A stretch of 64,000 nt of DNA from an uncultured Gemmatimonadales bacterium (lineage in GTDB: Bacteria; Gemmatimonadota; Gemmatimonadetes; Gemmatimonadales; Gemmatimonadaceae): positions 4,768,001 through 4,832,000 of the forward strand of contig OY969695.1 in assembly GCA_963701965.1 (NCBI GenBank), read 5' to 3'. Positions 50,471 to 60,436 of this stretch are shown piece after piece. The notes beneath the pieces were generated by a model. That model did not search any database. It had not been told where the DNA came from and was given only the letters and a program-made list of their open reading frames with translations. Position numbers and translations under genes: made by a program. How positions within the stretch are numbered: the first letter of the stretch is position 1; every line of letters begins with the position of its first letter.

Positions 50471-52597
50471 ATGCGTTGCGCTCTCTTCTTCATCGCCCTC
50501 GTAGCGGCCCCTCTGGCGGCCCAATCGCCCGCCGCGGACTTCGATGCCTATGTCACGCGCGGCCTCCATGACTGGCACGTGCCCGGTCTCGTCGTCGCCG
50601 TCGTCACGGGCGACTCGATCGCGTTCCAAAAGGCCTACGGCGTCCAGGACATCACGACGGGGAAACCCGTCGACTTGCACACCCGGTTCGCCATTGGCTC
50701 GACGACCAAGGCCATGACCGTGATGGCGCTCGGCATGTTGGTGGATGAAGGGAAGGTCCGGTGGGATGGTCGCGTGATCGACTATCTGCCGAACTTCCGC
50801 CTGTACGACCCGTACGTCACGCGGGACATCCGCGTGCGGGACCTCCTGACGCACCGCAGTGGCCTGGGCGGGGAAGGCGATCTCCTCTGGGTGCGGCCCG
50901 ATGTCTCCGAGGCGGAGATCGTGCGGCGCATGCGCTACTTCAAGCCGGAGTCGCCGTTCCGGACGCGTTGGAGCTACAACAACATCATGTACCAGGTTGC
51001 CGGCGACATTGTCGAAGCGGCGTCCGGCATGACGTGGGACCGGTTCCTGACCACGCGCATCTTCGACCCGTTGGGGATGCACGAGACGATCCCCACCGTC
51101 GCGGGATCCATCGGCCAGCCGGATGTGGCCACCTGGCATGGTCTGGTGCACGATTCGCTCCGCGTCATTCCCGTGCAGAGCACGGATCAAATCAAAGCCG
51201 CCGGCTCGGTGTACTCGAGCATCCACGACATGACCCTGTGGGTCAAATTCCTACTCGATAGCGGTCGCGTGAACGGCAAGCGGCTCGTCAGCGACTCCGT
51301 GTTCCGGGAGATCTTCAAGTCGGAGATCCCCGCCGACCGCGCGATTTATCCCATGGTATCGCTCCTCCAACCCCATTTCTTCGACTACGGGTTCGGGTTC
51401 TTTCTCGAGGACTATGCCGGGTACAAGGTCGCGATGCACACGGGCAGCATCGACGGCATGTGCGCGCTGATCGGCATCGTTCCCGAGAAGCGGCTCGGGT
51501 TCTATGTCCTGGAGAACGTCGATCACGCCGAGCTGCGGCATGCGCTCCTCTACAAAGCCATCGACACCTGGCTGGGGACCGGCACGCGCGACTGGAGTGC
51601 GGAGTTGTACACGCTGTTGCACCCACATCAGGACAAGGCCGTCGCCGCCAAGGACACCACGCCGGCCCCGGCGTCGCTCCCGCTGGAGCGGTACACGGGG
51701 ACCTACGTCGACTCGACGTTCGGCGACATCATCGTCTCGATGGGAACCGCGGGGCTCCGGTTCACGTACGGGTCGAGCGAAGGCACGATGGAGCACACGC
51801 GGTACGATGGCTTCCGCCTGCACTCGACGACGGCCAAGCACCTCGAGGGCGATCCCGTGACGTTCGCGCCGGACGGCAAAGGCGGCGTGAGCGGGCTCAC
51901 GTTCTCCCGCATCGCGTTCACGCGAACGCCCACGCCGGCCGGCGTCGCGGTGATTCAACAGATCCATGATCGCTACGCATCCACCTGGTATCGGTCGCTC
52001 TCGTTCACGGAGCGGGCGGATCAGCGCAGCACCGATGGCAAAACGACGTCGGAGACGTGGTGGGAGGAAGGGAAGTTCCCCGGGCGGCTGCGCATTGATG
52101 TCGGGACCATGGCCACGGATACCGTGCGGGCGCGGCGCATCATCCTGTTCAACAACGACAGCGCCTTCGTGAAAGCGCCCGGTGGCGCCTTACGGCGCTC
52201 CGGGCGTCTCAACATGCTGCTGGTGCTGGGGTTTGATATCTATCATCAACCCGTCGATCGGACCGTCGCGCAGCTCACGAGTGAAGGCTTTGATCTCGAC
52301 AAGGTGCACGCGGACAGGTGGCACGGACGACCGGCGACGGTCATCGGGGCCGCCTCCGGCGACACGACTTCGAAGCAATTCTGGATCGATACCGAACGCG
52401 GCGTGTTCGTGCGCATGCGCGATGGCTCACGCGAGGCGTGGTTCGACGACTATCGGCCGCTGGCCGGCGGCTGGATCGCGGCCGAAGTCGGCGTGAGCAA
52501 CGACAACGTGATGCAGCTCCACGAGGTGTATTCCAACATCAAGGCCAACGTGGAGCTGCCGGACGCCTTATTCGACCCGGCTCGCCTCGACCGGTAG
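50471..52597 (+). CDS. Serine hydrolase (beta-lactamase family) with DUF3471-like and extra C-terminal domain
   Basis: Signal peptide, STTK (SxxK), YNN, HTG; C-terminal YRSLSF..PGRLRID..QFWID domain. Confidence 0.85.
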   Translation: MRCALFFIALVAAPLAAQSPAADFDAYVTRGLHDWHVPGLVVAVVTGDSIAFQKAYGVQDITTGKPVDLHTRFAIGSTTKAMTVMALGMLVDEGKVRWDGRVIDYLPNFRLYDPYVTRDIRVRDLLTHRSGLGGEGDLLWVRPDVSEAEIVRRMRYFKPESPFRTRWSYNNIMYQVAGDIVEAASGMTWDRFLTTRIFDPLGMHETIPTVAGSIGQPDVATWHGLVHDSLRVIPVQSTDQIKAAGSVYSSIHDMTLWVKFLLDSGRVNGKRLVSDSVFREIFKSEIPADRAIYPMVSLLQPHFFDYGFGFFLEDYAGYKVAMHTGSIDGMCALIGIVPEKRLGFYVLENVDHAELRHALLYKAIDTWLGTGTRDWSAELYTLLHPHQDKAVAAKDTTPAPASLPLERYTGTYVDSTFGDIIVSMGTAGLRFTYGSSEGTMEHTRYDGFRLHSTTAKHLEGDPVTFAPDGKGGVSGLTFSRIAFTRTPTPAGVAVIQQIHDRYASTWYRSLSFTERADQRSTDGKTTSETWWEEGKFPGRLRIDVGTMATDTVRARRIILFNNDSAFVKAPGGALRRSGRLNMLLVLGFDIYHQPVDRTVAQLTSEGFDLDKVHADRWHGRPATVIGAASGDTTSKQFWIDTERGVFVRMRDGSREAWFDDYRPLAGGWIAAEVGVSNDNVMQLHEVYSNIKANVELPDALFDPARLDR

Positions 52598-53716
52598 CTC
52601 GATCGACGTCGGGTACTGGCGGGAGCGGAACACGCGTTGGCGCGCGGACTGAAAATCCGCATCGGTGGCCTGAAAAATATTCGGCACGAATTTCTGCGGG
52701 TTGCGGTCGATGAGCGGGAACCAGCTGCTCTGGATCTGCACCATGATCCGGTGCCTTTGAGAAACCGGTAGCTTTGCGTGTGCAGGTCGACGGTGTACTC
52801 GTCGACGTGGTTCGGGATCGCGGGCGTCGGGTCGCTGAAGCTCTTGCGATACCGCCCGCGGAACACATCGTTGGCCACCATGAGCTCGTAGCCGCCGAGC
52901 TTCGGGTCCGGCGGCGTACGTCTCGGGGTAGACGTCGATCAGCTTCACGATCCAATCGCTGTCGGTGCCGGACGTCGAGGCGAAGAGGTGGGCCGTGATG
53001 CTGCCCGCCAGCGTGACATTGGCCGCGAGCGGCTCGGTTTCGTACGTCAGCACATCCGCGCGGTGATCGCCAATCCGCTGGTCTTCGACGAGCCAGGTCG
53101 GCCAATTGGAGCCGGCGGTGAACGTCGATGGGATCGGACGGTGCCGGTACTGCACCGGGTGGGCAGGGTCGGAGACGTAGGCGTCGAAGCCACTGTCCGT
53201 GGCCGACGGCGCGTCGAACGACAGCGTGCCGTTCGGTCCGAAATAGAGTTTCTTGCCCGTCGCCGTAGGCGACGGCCACTTGTCGTACGAGCGCCACGCG
53301 TTCGAGCCTGACTCAAAGACCAGGGCTTTCGGTTGGTTGAACGTGCCCTGGTCTTTGAGAAAATGCGCGAAGAACGGGGCTTGCACGTGCTCCCGGAAGT
53401 AGCGGGCCGTGGGGCTGCCGAAGTCGATGGCGCCCAGCTTCTGACCCTCGGGCCCGGCCCAGCCGCCGTGATTCCAGGGACCGACCACCAGGTAGTTCAT
53501 ATGGTTGGCGTCGTGCGGCTCGAGCGCTTCGAAGATCGTGATCGGCCCGTAGAAATCCTCCTGGTCCCACCAACCCGCTACGTTGAGCGTCGGGATCGTG
53601 ACCCGATTCATGTACGGCGTTGCCGCTTGGCGCTTCCAGAACGCGTCGTAGTTCGGGTGCGCCACGAAGTCATTCCACGTCGGCAGCTTCTCGTGCGCGT
53701 AGCGTGGTGTGTACAT
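52568..53716 (-). pseudogene. C-terminal part of a CocE/NonD family hydrolase; compensating frameshifts near 52910 and 52755
   Basis: GWWDQED, GPWNHG, DWIVKLIDVYP and QSSWFPLIDRNPQ motifs; catalytic Ser region absent. Confidence 0.75.
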
Positions 53717-53733
53717 GCTGTACACAGTACGCC

Positions 53734-54618
53734 ATGACGATGCCAATGGCCAGCACATCCTACGCCACGCCCGCCGATCGCGCCACGGCGGCGCGCCGCG
53801 GCCTCGCGATCTACTTCGCCGTGTTGATTCCCGGGTCCGGGCTGGTCGAATGGCTCATCCTCGGCAAAGGCCAGTCGATCGGAAGCTATCCCTGGCTCGT
53901 GCTGATCCTGATGTACATGCCGACCCTGTCCTCCGTGGTCGCACGGATCGTCCAGCGCGAGGGGATCGCCGACGTCTCGTTTCGCATCGGCGGACGGGAG
54001 ACCGGGCGCGCGGCGCTCACGGCGCTGGCCATGCCCCTCGTCGTCGGGTTCGCGGCCTACGGTGCCGCCTGGGCCCTCGGCCTCGTCGGCTACCAAACTC
54101 CGATGCAATCGCGGTTTCACTTCGTGCCGGCCGGATTCTGGCCATACATTGGCATCACGCTGGTGCTCGTCACGCCGATCGCGATGGTCTCGGCGGCCGG
54201 CGAGGAAATCGGATGGCGCGGTTACATGCTGACGCGCCTCATTGATGCCGGTGTACCGCGGCCGTTGGTGGTGAGTGGATTGATCTGGGCCACCTGGCAC
54301 TTCCCGCTCATCCTGAGCGGACAGTACGCCTCCAGTCCCTATCCGATCCTGTCCGCGGCGATCTTCATGGCCGACGTCGTGGGCATCGCGCTCGTGATCG
54401 GCATCGTGCGCCTGCGATCCGGCAGCGTGTGGCCAGCGGTCCTGCTCCATGGGGCATGGAACGCGATCATCCAGGGACCGTTCGACCGTTCGACGACCGG
54501 ATCCCACGCGTGGCTGTGGGTCGGCGAGTCCGGTCTGTTCGTCGCCGCGGTCAGCTTGGCCTTCGGGGTGGCCGTCGTGCTGCTGGATCGCCGGCGCCCA
54601 ACCGCGCGAGCAGGGTAG
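53734..54618 (+). CDS. CPBP (CAAX/Abi) intramembrane metalloprotease
   Basis: GEEIGWRGY, WATWH and LLHGAWN motifs. Confidence 0.9.
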   Translation: MTMPMASTSYATPADRATAARRGLAIYFAVLIPGSGLVEWLILGKGQSIGSYPWLVLILMYMPTLSSVVARIVQREGIADVSFRIGGRETGRAALTALAMPLVVGFAAYGAAWALGLVGYQTPMQSRFHFVPAGFWPYIGITLVLVTPIAMVSAAGEEIGWRGYMLTRLIDAGVPRPLVVSGLIWATWHFPLILSGQYASSPYPILSAAIFMADVVGIALVIGIVRLRSGSVWPAVLLHGAWNAIIQGPFDRSTTGSHAWLWVGESGLFVAAVSLAFGVAVVLLDRRRPTARAG

Positions 54619-55603
54619 GGGACCACGTCGACCAGTAGACGCCTCCGGCCGCGTTGTGCTCGGCGGCCGCCGAGTCGTACAGTGTCAAGAGCACGCGCGG
54701 ATCGACGATGCCGCGGATGAGCGCCGGTCGGCCATATCGGTGCTCGACGACCGTCGACATGCGATAGCCGACGGTGTACCAGGCGCCCTGATATCCCCAG
54801 AACGGATCGGCGCGCGCCCGAATCGCATCCGCGCCGGCGAGTCGGCCGTCGAGGATGTCGGTGACGAACTCCTGCAGCGCCAGGAGATCGCCGTTGAAAT
54901 GCTCCATGTCATGGTCCCACCGCGCCCGGCTCGCCGAGTCGTCGGCGGCGTGCGGGTGCACGTCGGGCGAGCCGGCCGCGGCCAGCATCGCCTCCCCCTC
55001 ACCCAGCGCGCCGATCCAGTCCAGCGCCGTCCGCGCCACCGGCGGCTGATCGGCGAAGAGTCGCACCTGTTCGGCCTCGATGCTCTGCAAGCCAATGTGG
55101 TGGCATTCGTGCACGACCGTGTTGGCGAACTGCTCCCGCTTCGTGTGCTCGTCGAGGTATAGGAAGATCGCCGGCCCGTCGTCGCCGTGTCGCCAGACGA
55201 AGCTGTTCGTCACCGGCTTGATCTCGGGGAAGACCCGCGCCCGAATCACCGCATTCCCGGGCAGGTACTGGAGCGCCTGGGCGCCAAGCGACCCCATGTC
55301 CGCGCCCGCCCACGCCGCCAGGGTCGCCTCGAGCGCCGGGAGCCGGGCGATCGTCGCCGGCGCGGCCAGAAAAGCGCGAAAGTCGTCGTCGCTGAACCCG
55401 CGATGCATCGACGCCTCCCGGGCCTTGAGCCACTGGTACGGCGTTGTCGCGAACAACGCCGACCACTGCTCCGGCGCCACCGCTTCGTGCGCCTCCTGCC
55501 GGTGCAGGATGGCGATCACGGCCTGGGCTTCGCTCGGGTCGAGCACCAACTGCACGCGCGGCGGGTCGGCCATGGCCATGCCCGCGAGGAGAAATGGCAG
55601 CAT
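54551..55603 (-). CDS. Putative Zn-dependent protease (DUF5700-like)
   Basis: HECHH, GEGEAMLAA and QGAWYTVGY motifs. Confidence 0.7.
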   Translation of the reverse strand: MLPFLLAGMAMADPPRVQLVLDPSEAQAVIAILHRQEAHEAVAPEQWSALFATTPYQWLKAREASMHRGFSDDDFRAFLAAPATIARLPALEATLAAWAGADMGSLGAQALQYLPGNAVIRARVFPEIKPVTNSFVWRHGDDGPAIFLYLDEHTKREQFANTVVHECHHIGLQSIEAEQVRLFADQPPVARTALDWIGALGEGEAMLAAAGSPDVHPHAADDSASRARWDHDMEHFNGDLLALQEFVTDILDGRLAGADAIRARADPFWGYQGAWYTVGYRMSTVVEHRYGRPALIRGIVDPRVLLTLYDSAAAEHNAAGGVYWSTWSPTLLARLGAGDPAARRPPRRPS

Positions 55604-55653
55604 GGTCCTCTGACAATGGTATCTTGGGTTTGGTTGCGCCGGACTCTCCTGAG

Positions 55654-55682
55654 TTGACACTTTGTAAGTCGTTTGGTAGCTT
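55654..55682 (+). promoter_or_regulatory. Putative sigma-70 promoter of the rplM operon
   Basis: TTGACA-N17-TAGCTT. Confidence 0.7.
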
Positions 55683-55717
55683 ACAAGTCTGTCAAAAACA
55701 GCCTATACTCGACGGAT

Positions 55718-56158
55718 ATGAGAACATTCTCCGCGACGCCCGCGGATATCGACCATAAGTGGTTCATCGTGGACGCTGACGGCCTCGTGCTCGGCCGACT
55801 GGCCTCCGAGGTCGCCAAGGTCATTCGGGGCAAGCACAAGCCGACGTTCACGCCGCACATGGACACTGGCGACTACGTCATCATTATCAATGCTGCCAAA
55901 GTGCGCGTGACCGGACGCAAAGGCGAGCAGAAAGAATATTTCCGCCACACCGGCTACATGGGACATGAGCGGTTCACGCCGCTCGCGACCATGCTCGCGA
56001 AGCACCCGGAGCGCGTGGTCGAGAAGGCCGTCTACGGCATGCTGCCGAAGACCGCCCTCGGCCGGCAAGAGCTCCGCCGCAAGCTGCGCGTCTTCGCCGG
56101 TGCCGAGCACACGCACGCGGCCCAGCAACCCACGCCCCTCCCGATCGATGCCGGCTGA
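55718..56158 (+). CDS. rplM: 50S ribosomal protein L13
   Basis: LGRLAS..GKHKPTFTPHMDTGD; GMLPK. Confidence 0.97.
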   Translation: MRTFSATPADIDHKWFIVDADGLVLGRLASEVAKVIRGKHKPTFTPHMDTGDYVIIINAAKVRVTGRKGEQKEYFRHTGYMGHERFTPLATMLAKHPERVVEKAVYGMLPKTALGRQELRRKLRVFAGAEHTHAAQQPTPLPIDAG

Positions 56159-56546
56159 TCCTCTTACGAAGCACACCGTCGGTCGGCGCAAAGAAGCCGT
56201 CTGCCGCCTGTACCTGACCCCCGGTTCCGGCAAGTGGAACGTCAACGGACGGACGCTGGGCGATTACTTCCCGCGGCCCGCGCTCGTCTCCGCGATCCAG
56301 CAGCCCTTCACGGCGACCGATACCCTCGGCCGCTATGACGTCAAAGCGACGGTGGAAGGCGGCGGGTTGTCCGGACAGGCTGGAGCGCTGCGTCTTGCGG
56401 CGTCCCGGGCTCTCGTACAGATCGATGAGAATTATCGGCGCAAGCTCCGGGATCTCGGGTTGCTCACGCGCGACGCGCGCGCGGTGGAGCGGAAGAAGCC
56501 CGGCCGGCCCAAGGCACGCAAACGCTTCCAGTTCAGCAAACGCTAA
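56148..56546 (+). CDS. rpsI: 30S ribosomal protein S9
   Basis: GRRKEA, GGGLSGQAGA and ERKKPG..RFQFSKR motifs. Confidence 0.97.
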   Translation: MPADPLTKHTVGRRKEAVCRLYLTPGSGKWNVNGRTLGDYFPRPALVSAIQQPFTATDTLGRYDVKATVEGGGLSGQAGALRLAASRALVQIDENYRRKLRDLGLLTRDARAVERKKPGRPKARKRFQFSKR

Positions 56547-56549
56547 AAC

Positions 56550-57458
56550 ATGGCCCAACCCAATCTCGACGATCTCCTGAAGGCCGGCGTCCACTTCGGA
56601 CACCAGACGCGCCGATGGAATCCCAAAATGCGCCGGTTCATCTTCGCCGAGCGCAACGGAATCCACATCATCGATCTGCAGAAAACCCTGCGGCAGATCG
56701 AGCTCGCCCAGAAACTCGCCCGTGAAGTGATTCTGCGCGGCGACAACGTGCTCTTCGTCTGCACGAAGCGGCAGTTGAGCGCCATCGTGCGCGAAGAGGC
56801 CGAGCGGTGTGGCGCGATGTACGTGACCGAGCGGTGGCTGGGCGGGCTGCTGACGAACTTCCAGACGGTCAAAAAGCAAATTCGGCGGCTCAAGGATCTC
56901 GAGGCGGGCAGCGAGACGGGCGGCGAGTTCGAGAACTACACCAAGAAAGAGCAGCTCCTCATGAGCCGTCAGCGCGACAAGCTCTCCAAGAACTTGTCGG
57001 GCATCAAGAACATGACCCGCGTGCCGGGCCTCATGTTCGTGATCGACTCCAAGAAGGAGCGCATCGCGGTCTGCGAAGCCAACAAGCTCGGGATGTCGAT
57101 CATCGCGATCGTCGACACCAATGCCGATCCCGACGTCATCACGGTCCCCATTGCCGGCAACGACGACGCGATCCGGTCCGTCGAGCTGATCGCGCGCGCG
57201 ATCGCCGATGCCGTGGTCGAAGCGCGGCGGGAAGCGCCGGTGCGGCAGGAAGTCGAGGAAGGCGAGTCGAACACCTACAGCTCCGATCGGGGCATGGAGC
57301 CCGCCGCGGGCGAGGATGAGCGGCGGCGCCGTCGCCGGCCGCGTCGCCGGCGCGCCAAGCCCGAGGCCATTGCGGCCCGGCTCAAGAGCGGAGCCGTGGA
57401 CGAGGTCGATGCGGCAGCCCCGGAAGGCGAGGTCGAAGCGGACGACGCCGGGGCCTGA
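56550..57458 (+). CDS. rpsB: 30S ribosomal protein S2 with extended C-terminal tail
   Basis: AGVHFGHQTRRWNPKM; RWLGGLLTNF; GNDDAIRS. Confidence 0.97.
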   Translation: MAQPNLDDLLKAGVHFGHQTRRWNPKMRRFIFAERNGIHIIDLQKTLRQIELAQKLAREVILRGDNVLFVCTKRQLSAIVREEAERCGAMYVTERWLGGLLTNFQTVKKQIRRLKDLEAGSETGGEFENYTKKEQLLMSRQRDKLSKNLSGIKNMTRVPGLMFVIDSKKERIAVCEANKLGMSIIAIVDTNADPDVITVPIAGNDDAIRSVELIARAIADAVVEARREAPVRQEVEEGESNTYSSDRGMEPAAGEDERRRRRRPRRRRAKPEAIAARLKSGAVDEVDAAAPEGEVEADDAGA

Positions 57459-57488
57459 CGGCTGGGGCGCCACGCTGCTACACTTGAC

Positions 57489-57519
57489 ACGCCGCCGGTG
57501 CACTTGCCGGCGGCGTTTT
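57489..57519 (+). terminator. GC-rich hairpin with T-tract between rpsB and tsf
   Basis: ACGCCGCCGG-TGCACTTG-CCGGCGGCGT-TTT. Confidence 0.6.
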
Positions 57520-57557
57520 GGTAGGATCAATTGGGGTAGATCAGGAGAGACGAAGAT

Positions 57558-58163
57558 ATGACAGCGACAGCGTTTACAGCGAAGGATGTCCAGGAGCTGC
57601 GCCAGCGGACCGGCGCCGGCATGATGGACGCCAAGCGGGCATTGGAGGAGAACGGCGGCAACATGGACAAGGCCGCCGATTGGCTGCGCTCGAAGGGCGT
57701 GGCCAAGGCCGAAAAGCGCGCCGGGAAAGTCGCGCGCGAAGGCCAGGTCGGCAGCTACATCCACCACAACGGGCGGGTCGGCGTGCTGGTGGAAGTGAAC
57801 TGCGAGACCGACTTCGTCGCGCGGAACCCCGAGTTCAAGCAACTCGTGAACCACATCGCCGAGCACATCGCCGCCGCGAATCCCGTGAGCGTCGACAAGG
57901 ACAGCGTGCCCGCGGATCGCGTCGAGCGCGAGCGCCGGATCTTCGAGGAGCAGGTCAAGGAGAGCGGCAAGCCCGCGCACCTCATCGACAAGATCGTCGC
58001 CGGCAAGATCGAATCCTTCTACAAGGACGTCGCGCTCATGCACCAGGAGTGGGTGCGCGAGCCCAAGAAGACCATCGGCGATCTGGTGAAGGAACTGGCG
58101 GCGAAAGTCGGCGAGAACATCGTCGTGCGCCGGTTCTCCCGCTTTCAGCTGGGCGAGGAGTAA
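57558..58163 (+). CDS. tsf: Elongation factor Ts (short form)
   Basis: LRQRTGAGMMD; EVNCETDFVA. Confidence 0.97.
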   Translation: MTATAFTAKDVQELRQRTGAGMMDAKRALEENGGNMDKAADWLRSKGVAKAEKRAGKVAREGQVGSYIHHNGRVGVLVEVNCETDFVARNPEFKQLVNHIAEHIAAANPVSVDKDSVPADRVERERRIFEEQVKESGKPAHLIDKIVAGKIESFYKDVALMHQEWVREPKKTIGDLVKELAAKVGENIVVRRFSRFQLGEE

Positions 58164-58169
58164 GACACC

Positions 58170-58934
58170 GTGGCGAGCGTCGAATCGGCGGTCGCCCCGG
58201 TGCGCACCCCGTCGCCATCGCTGCGCTACCAGCGCGTGCTGCTCAAGGTCTCGGGCGAGGCGCTGGCCGGCGATAAACCCGGACGCCTGGGATTTGATTT
58301 CCCGACGATCGAACGGTTCGCCGTGGAGATTCAACGCGTCTTCGAGCTGGGCGCCGAGATCGGTCTCGTCATCGGTGGCGGCAACATCGTGCGCGGCCGC
58401 CAGCTGGCCGACCACGGCGTCGATCGCGTCGGCGCCGACTATATGGGCATGCTCGGGACGGTGATCAACGCGCTCGCGGTGCAGGATGTGTTGGAGCGTC
58501 GCGGGTTGGATACCCGGGTCATGACGGCGATCCGGATGGAAGAGCTGGCCGAGCCTTATATCCGGCGTCGGGCCATGCGGCACCTGGAGCAAGGGCGGAT
58601 CGTGATTTTTGCCGCGGGCACCGGCAACCCGTACTTCTCCACCGATACGGCCGCCGTGCTGCGCGCCATCCAGATGAAGGCCGACGTCATCATCAAGGCG
58701 ACCAGTGTGGACGGCATTTACTCCGCCGATCCCAAGCGCCACAAAGATGCCCGCCTCTACACGCGCGTCAGTTACAACGAAGTGATGCGCGACGAGCTGG
58801 GCGTCATGGACCAGACCGCCATCACGCTGTGCAAGGAGAATCGGCTCCCGTTGATCGTCCTCAACATCAACCTGCCCAACTCGGTGGCCCGCGCCCTCAG
58901 CGGGGAGAGCGTCGGAACCCTCGTCGACTCATGA
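58170..58934 (+). CDS. pyrH: UMP kinase
   Basis: [14 protein letters not shown] and [10 protein letters not shown] motifs. Confidence 0.97.
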   Translation: MASVESAVAPVRTPSPSLRYQRVLLKVSGEALAGDKPGRLGFDFPTIERFAVEIQRVFELGAEIGLVIGGGNIVRGRQLADHGVDRVGADYMGMLGTVINALAVQDVLERRGLDTRVMTAIRMEELAEPYIRRRAMRHLEQGRIVIFAAGTGNPYFSTDTAAVLRAIQMKADVIIKATSVDGIYSADPKRHKDARLYTRVSYNEVMRDELGVMDQTAITLCKENRLPLIVLNINLPNSVARALSGESVGTLVDS

Positions 58935-59491
58935 CCCCCACCACCATACCGCAGATCATCAAAGAAATGCGCGTCGCGATGGACAAGTCGCTGGAGAACA
59001 CGCGGAAGGAGTTCGCGTCGATCCGGACCGGCAAAGCGACCGCGCAGCTCCTCGACACCGTCCGCGTCGACGCCTACGGCCAGACGATGCCGCTCAATCA
59101 GGTGGCCACCGTCAACGCGCCCGAGCCGCGGCTGCTGCTCGTTCAGCCGTGGGACAAAGGGCTGACCCAGGCCATCGAAAAAGCCATCCGCGAATCCGAT
59201 CTCCAGCTCAACCCGTCGAACCAGAACGGCGTCATTCGGGTGCCGCTCCCGTCGCTCAACGAGCAGCGGCGCAAAGACCTGGTCAAAGTGATCCACAAGC
59301 TGGCCGAGGAAGGGCGAATCGGCGTGCGTCACGCCCGCACCGATGGGCGCGACCGGCTCAAGAAGATCGAGAAGGTCTCCGAGGATGACGTCAAGCAGGG
59401 CGAGCGCGATCTGCAGAAGCTGCACGACGAGTTCATCGGGAAGGTCGACGAGATGGCCAAGAGCAAGGAAGCCGATATTCTGGAAGTGTGA
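58931..59491 (+). CDS. frr: Ribosome recycling factor
   Basis: [20 protein letters not shown]. Confidence 0.96.
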   Translation: MTPTTIPQIIKEMRVAMDKSLENTRKEFASIRTGKATAQLLDTVRVDAYGQTMPLNQVATVNAPEPRLLLVQPWDKGLTQAIEKAIRESDLQLNPSNQNGVIRVPLPSLNEQRRKDLVKVIHKLAEEGRIGVRHARTDGRDRLKKIEKVSEDDVKQGERDLQKLHDEFIGKVDEMAKSKEADILEV

Positions 59492-59569
59492 GGCGTGCGC
59501 GCGGGTGTGGCCGGCTCACGGCCTGAGGAGCCCGGCGTGGCGACCGTGACCGTGCCCGGGAAAGCGCCC

Positions 59570-60436
59570 ATGTCGGAGCTCGCGCTGCGGGTGCTGTTCG
59601 CGGTCGTCGCGGTCCCAGCGACCGTCGCGTTGATCTGGGTCGGCGGCGTCGCGCTCGGCGTCTTCGTGGCCACCGCGGCCGGCCTCGGCGCCTGGGAGCT
59701 CTTTCGCATGGCCCGCGCCGGCGGCGTCGATCCGATCGACTCGGTCGGCGTCCCGCTGGCGGCGCTCCTACCGCTCGTCGCCTCGCTGGCGCCGCAGGGC
59801 GTCTTCGCGCTGCCGCTGGGCGTGAGCGCGCTCATGGTGCTCGTCATCTTCGCCGCCGCGATCTGGCTCCGCGGCGCCGCGGGACGTCCCCTGTCCGCCG
59901 TGTCCGTGACCCTGTTCGGCGTCGTGTACACCGGCGGGATGCTGAGCTTCGGCTTCGGCATTCGGTATCACAACTATGCCGTCGGGCGCACGGCCGGCAC
60001 GCTCTTACTGTTGCTCCCGATCATCCTGACTTGGGTGAACGACATCGGCGCCTACGCGTTGGGACGGCTGTTCGGCCGCCGCAAGCTCATTCCCGCGGTG
60101 AGCCCGGGGAAGACGGTCGCCGGCGCGATCGGCGGCACCGCGGTGACCGTGCTGGTGTGCTGGGCCTACGTGCGGTGGGTGCTGCAGCCGTATGCGCAGC
60201 TCGCGCTCGCGCCCTCCGGTATCGTCGCCGTGGGCCTGGTCCTGAGCCTCGCGGCCCAATTGGGCGATCTTGCCGAGTCCCTCCTCAAACGCGAAGCGGG
60301 CGTCAAAGACAGCTCTGGGCTCATCCCCGGTCACGGCGGCGTGCTCGATCGACTCGATAGTCTTCTCTTCGTGCTGCCGAGCGCGTATCTCCTCTTCGGT
60401 TTGCCCGGCATCCTTCTTCCGGCACCACTGCCGTGA
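59570..60436 (+). CDS. cdsA: Phosphatidate cytidylyltransferase
   Basis: SPGKT, GDLAESLLKREAGVKDS and PGHGGVLDRLDS motifs; start may be 59537. Confidence 0.95.
   Translation: MSELALRVLFAVVAVPATVALIWVGGVALGVFVATAAGLGAWELFRMARAGGVDPIDSVGVPLAALLPLVASLAPQGVFALPLGVSALMVLVIFAAAIWLRGAAGRPLSAVSVTLFGVVYTGGMLSFGFGIRYHNYAVGRTAGTLLLLLPIILTWVNDIGAYALGRLFGRRKLIPAVSPGKTVAGAIGGTAVTVLVCWAYVRWVLQPYAQLALAPSGIVAVGLVLSLAAQLGDLAESLLKREAGVKDSSGLIPGHGGVLDRLDSLLFVLPSAYLLFGLPGILLPAPLP

Noticed and set aside
53734..54618. CPBP protease as an abortive-infection defence gene or as the peptide-processing enzyme
   Set aside because: Common family, about 24 kb outside the element, with no contextual link
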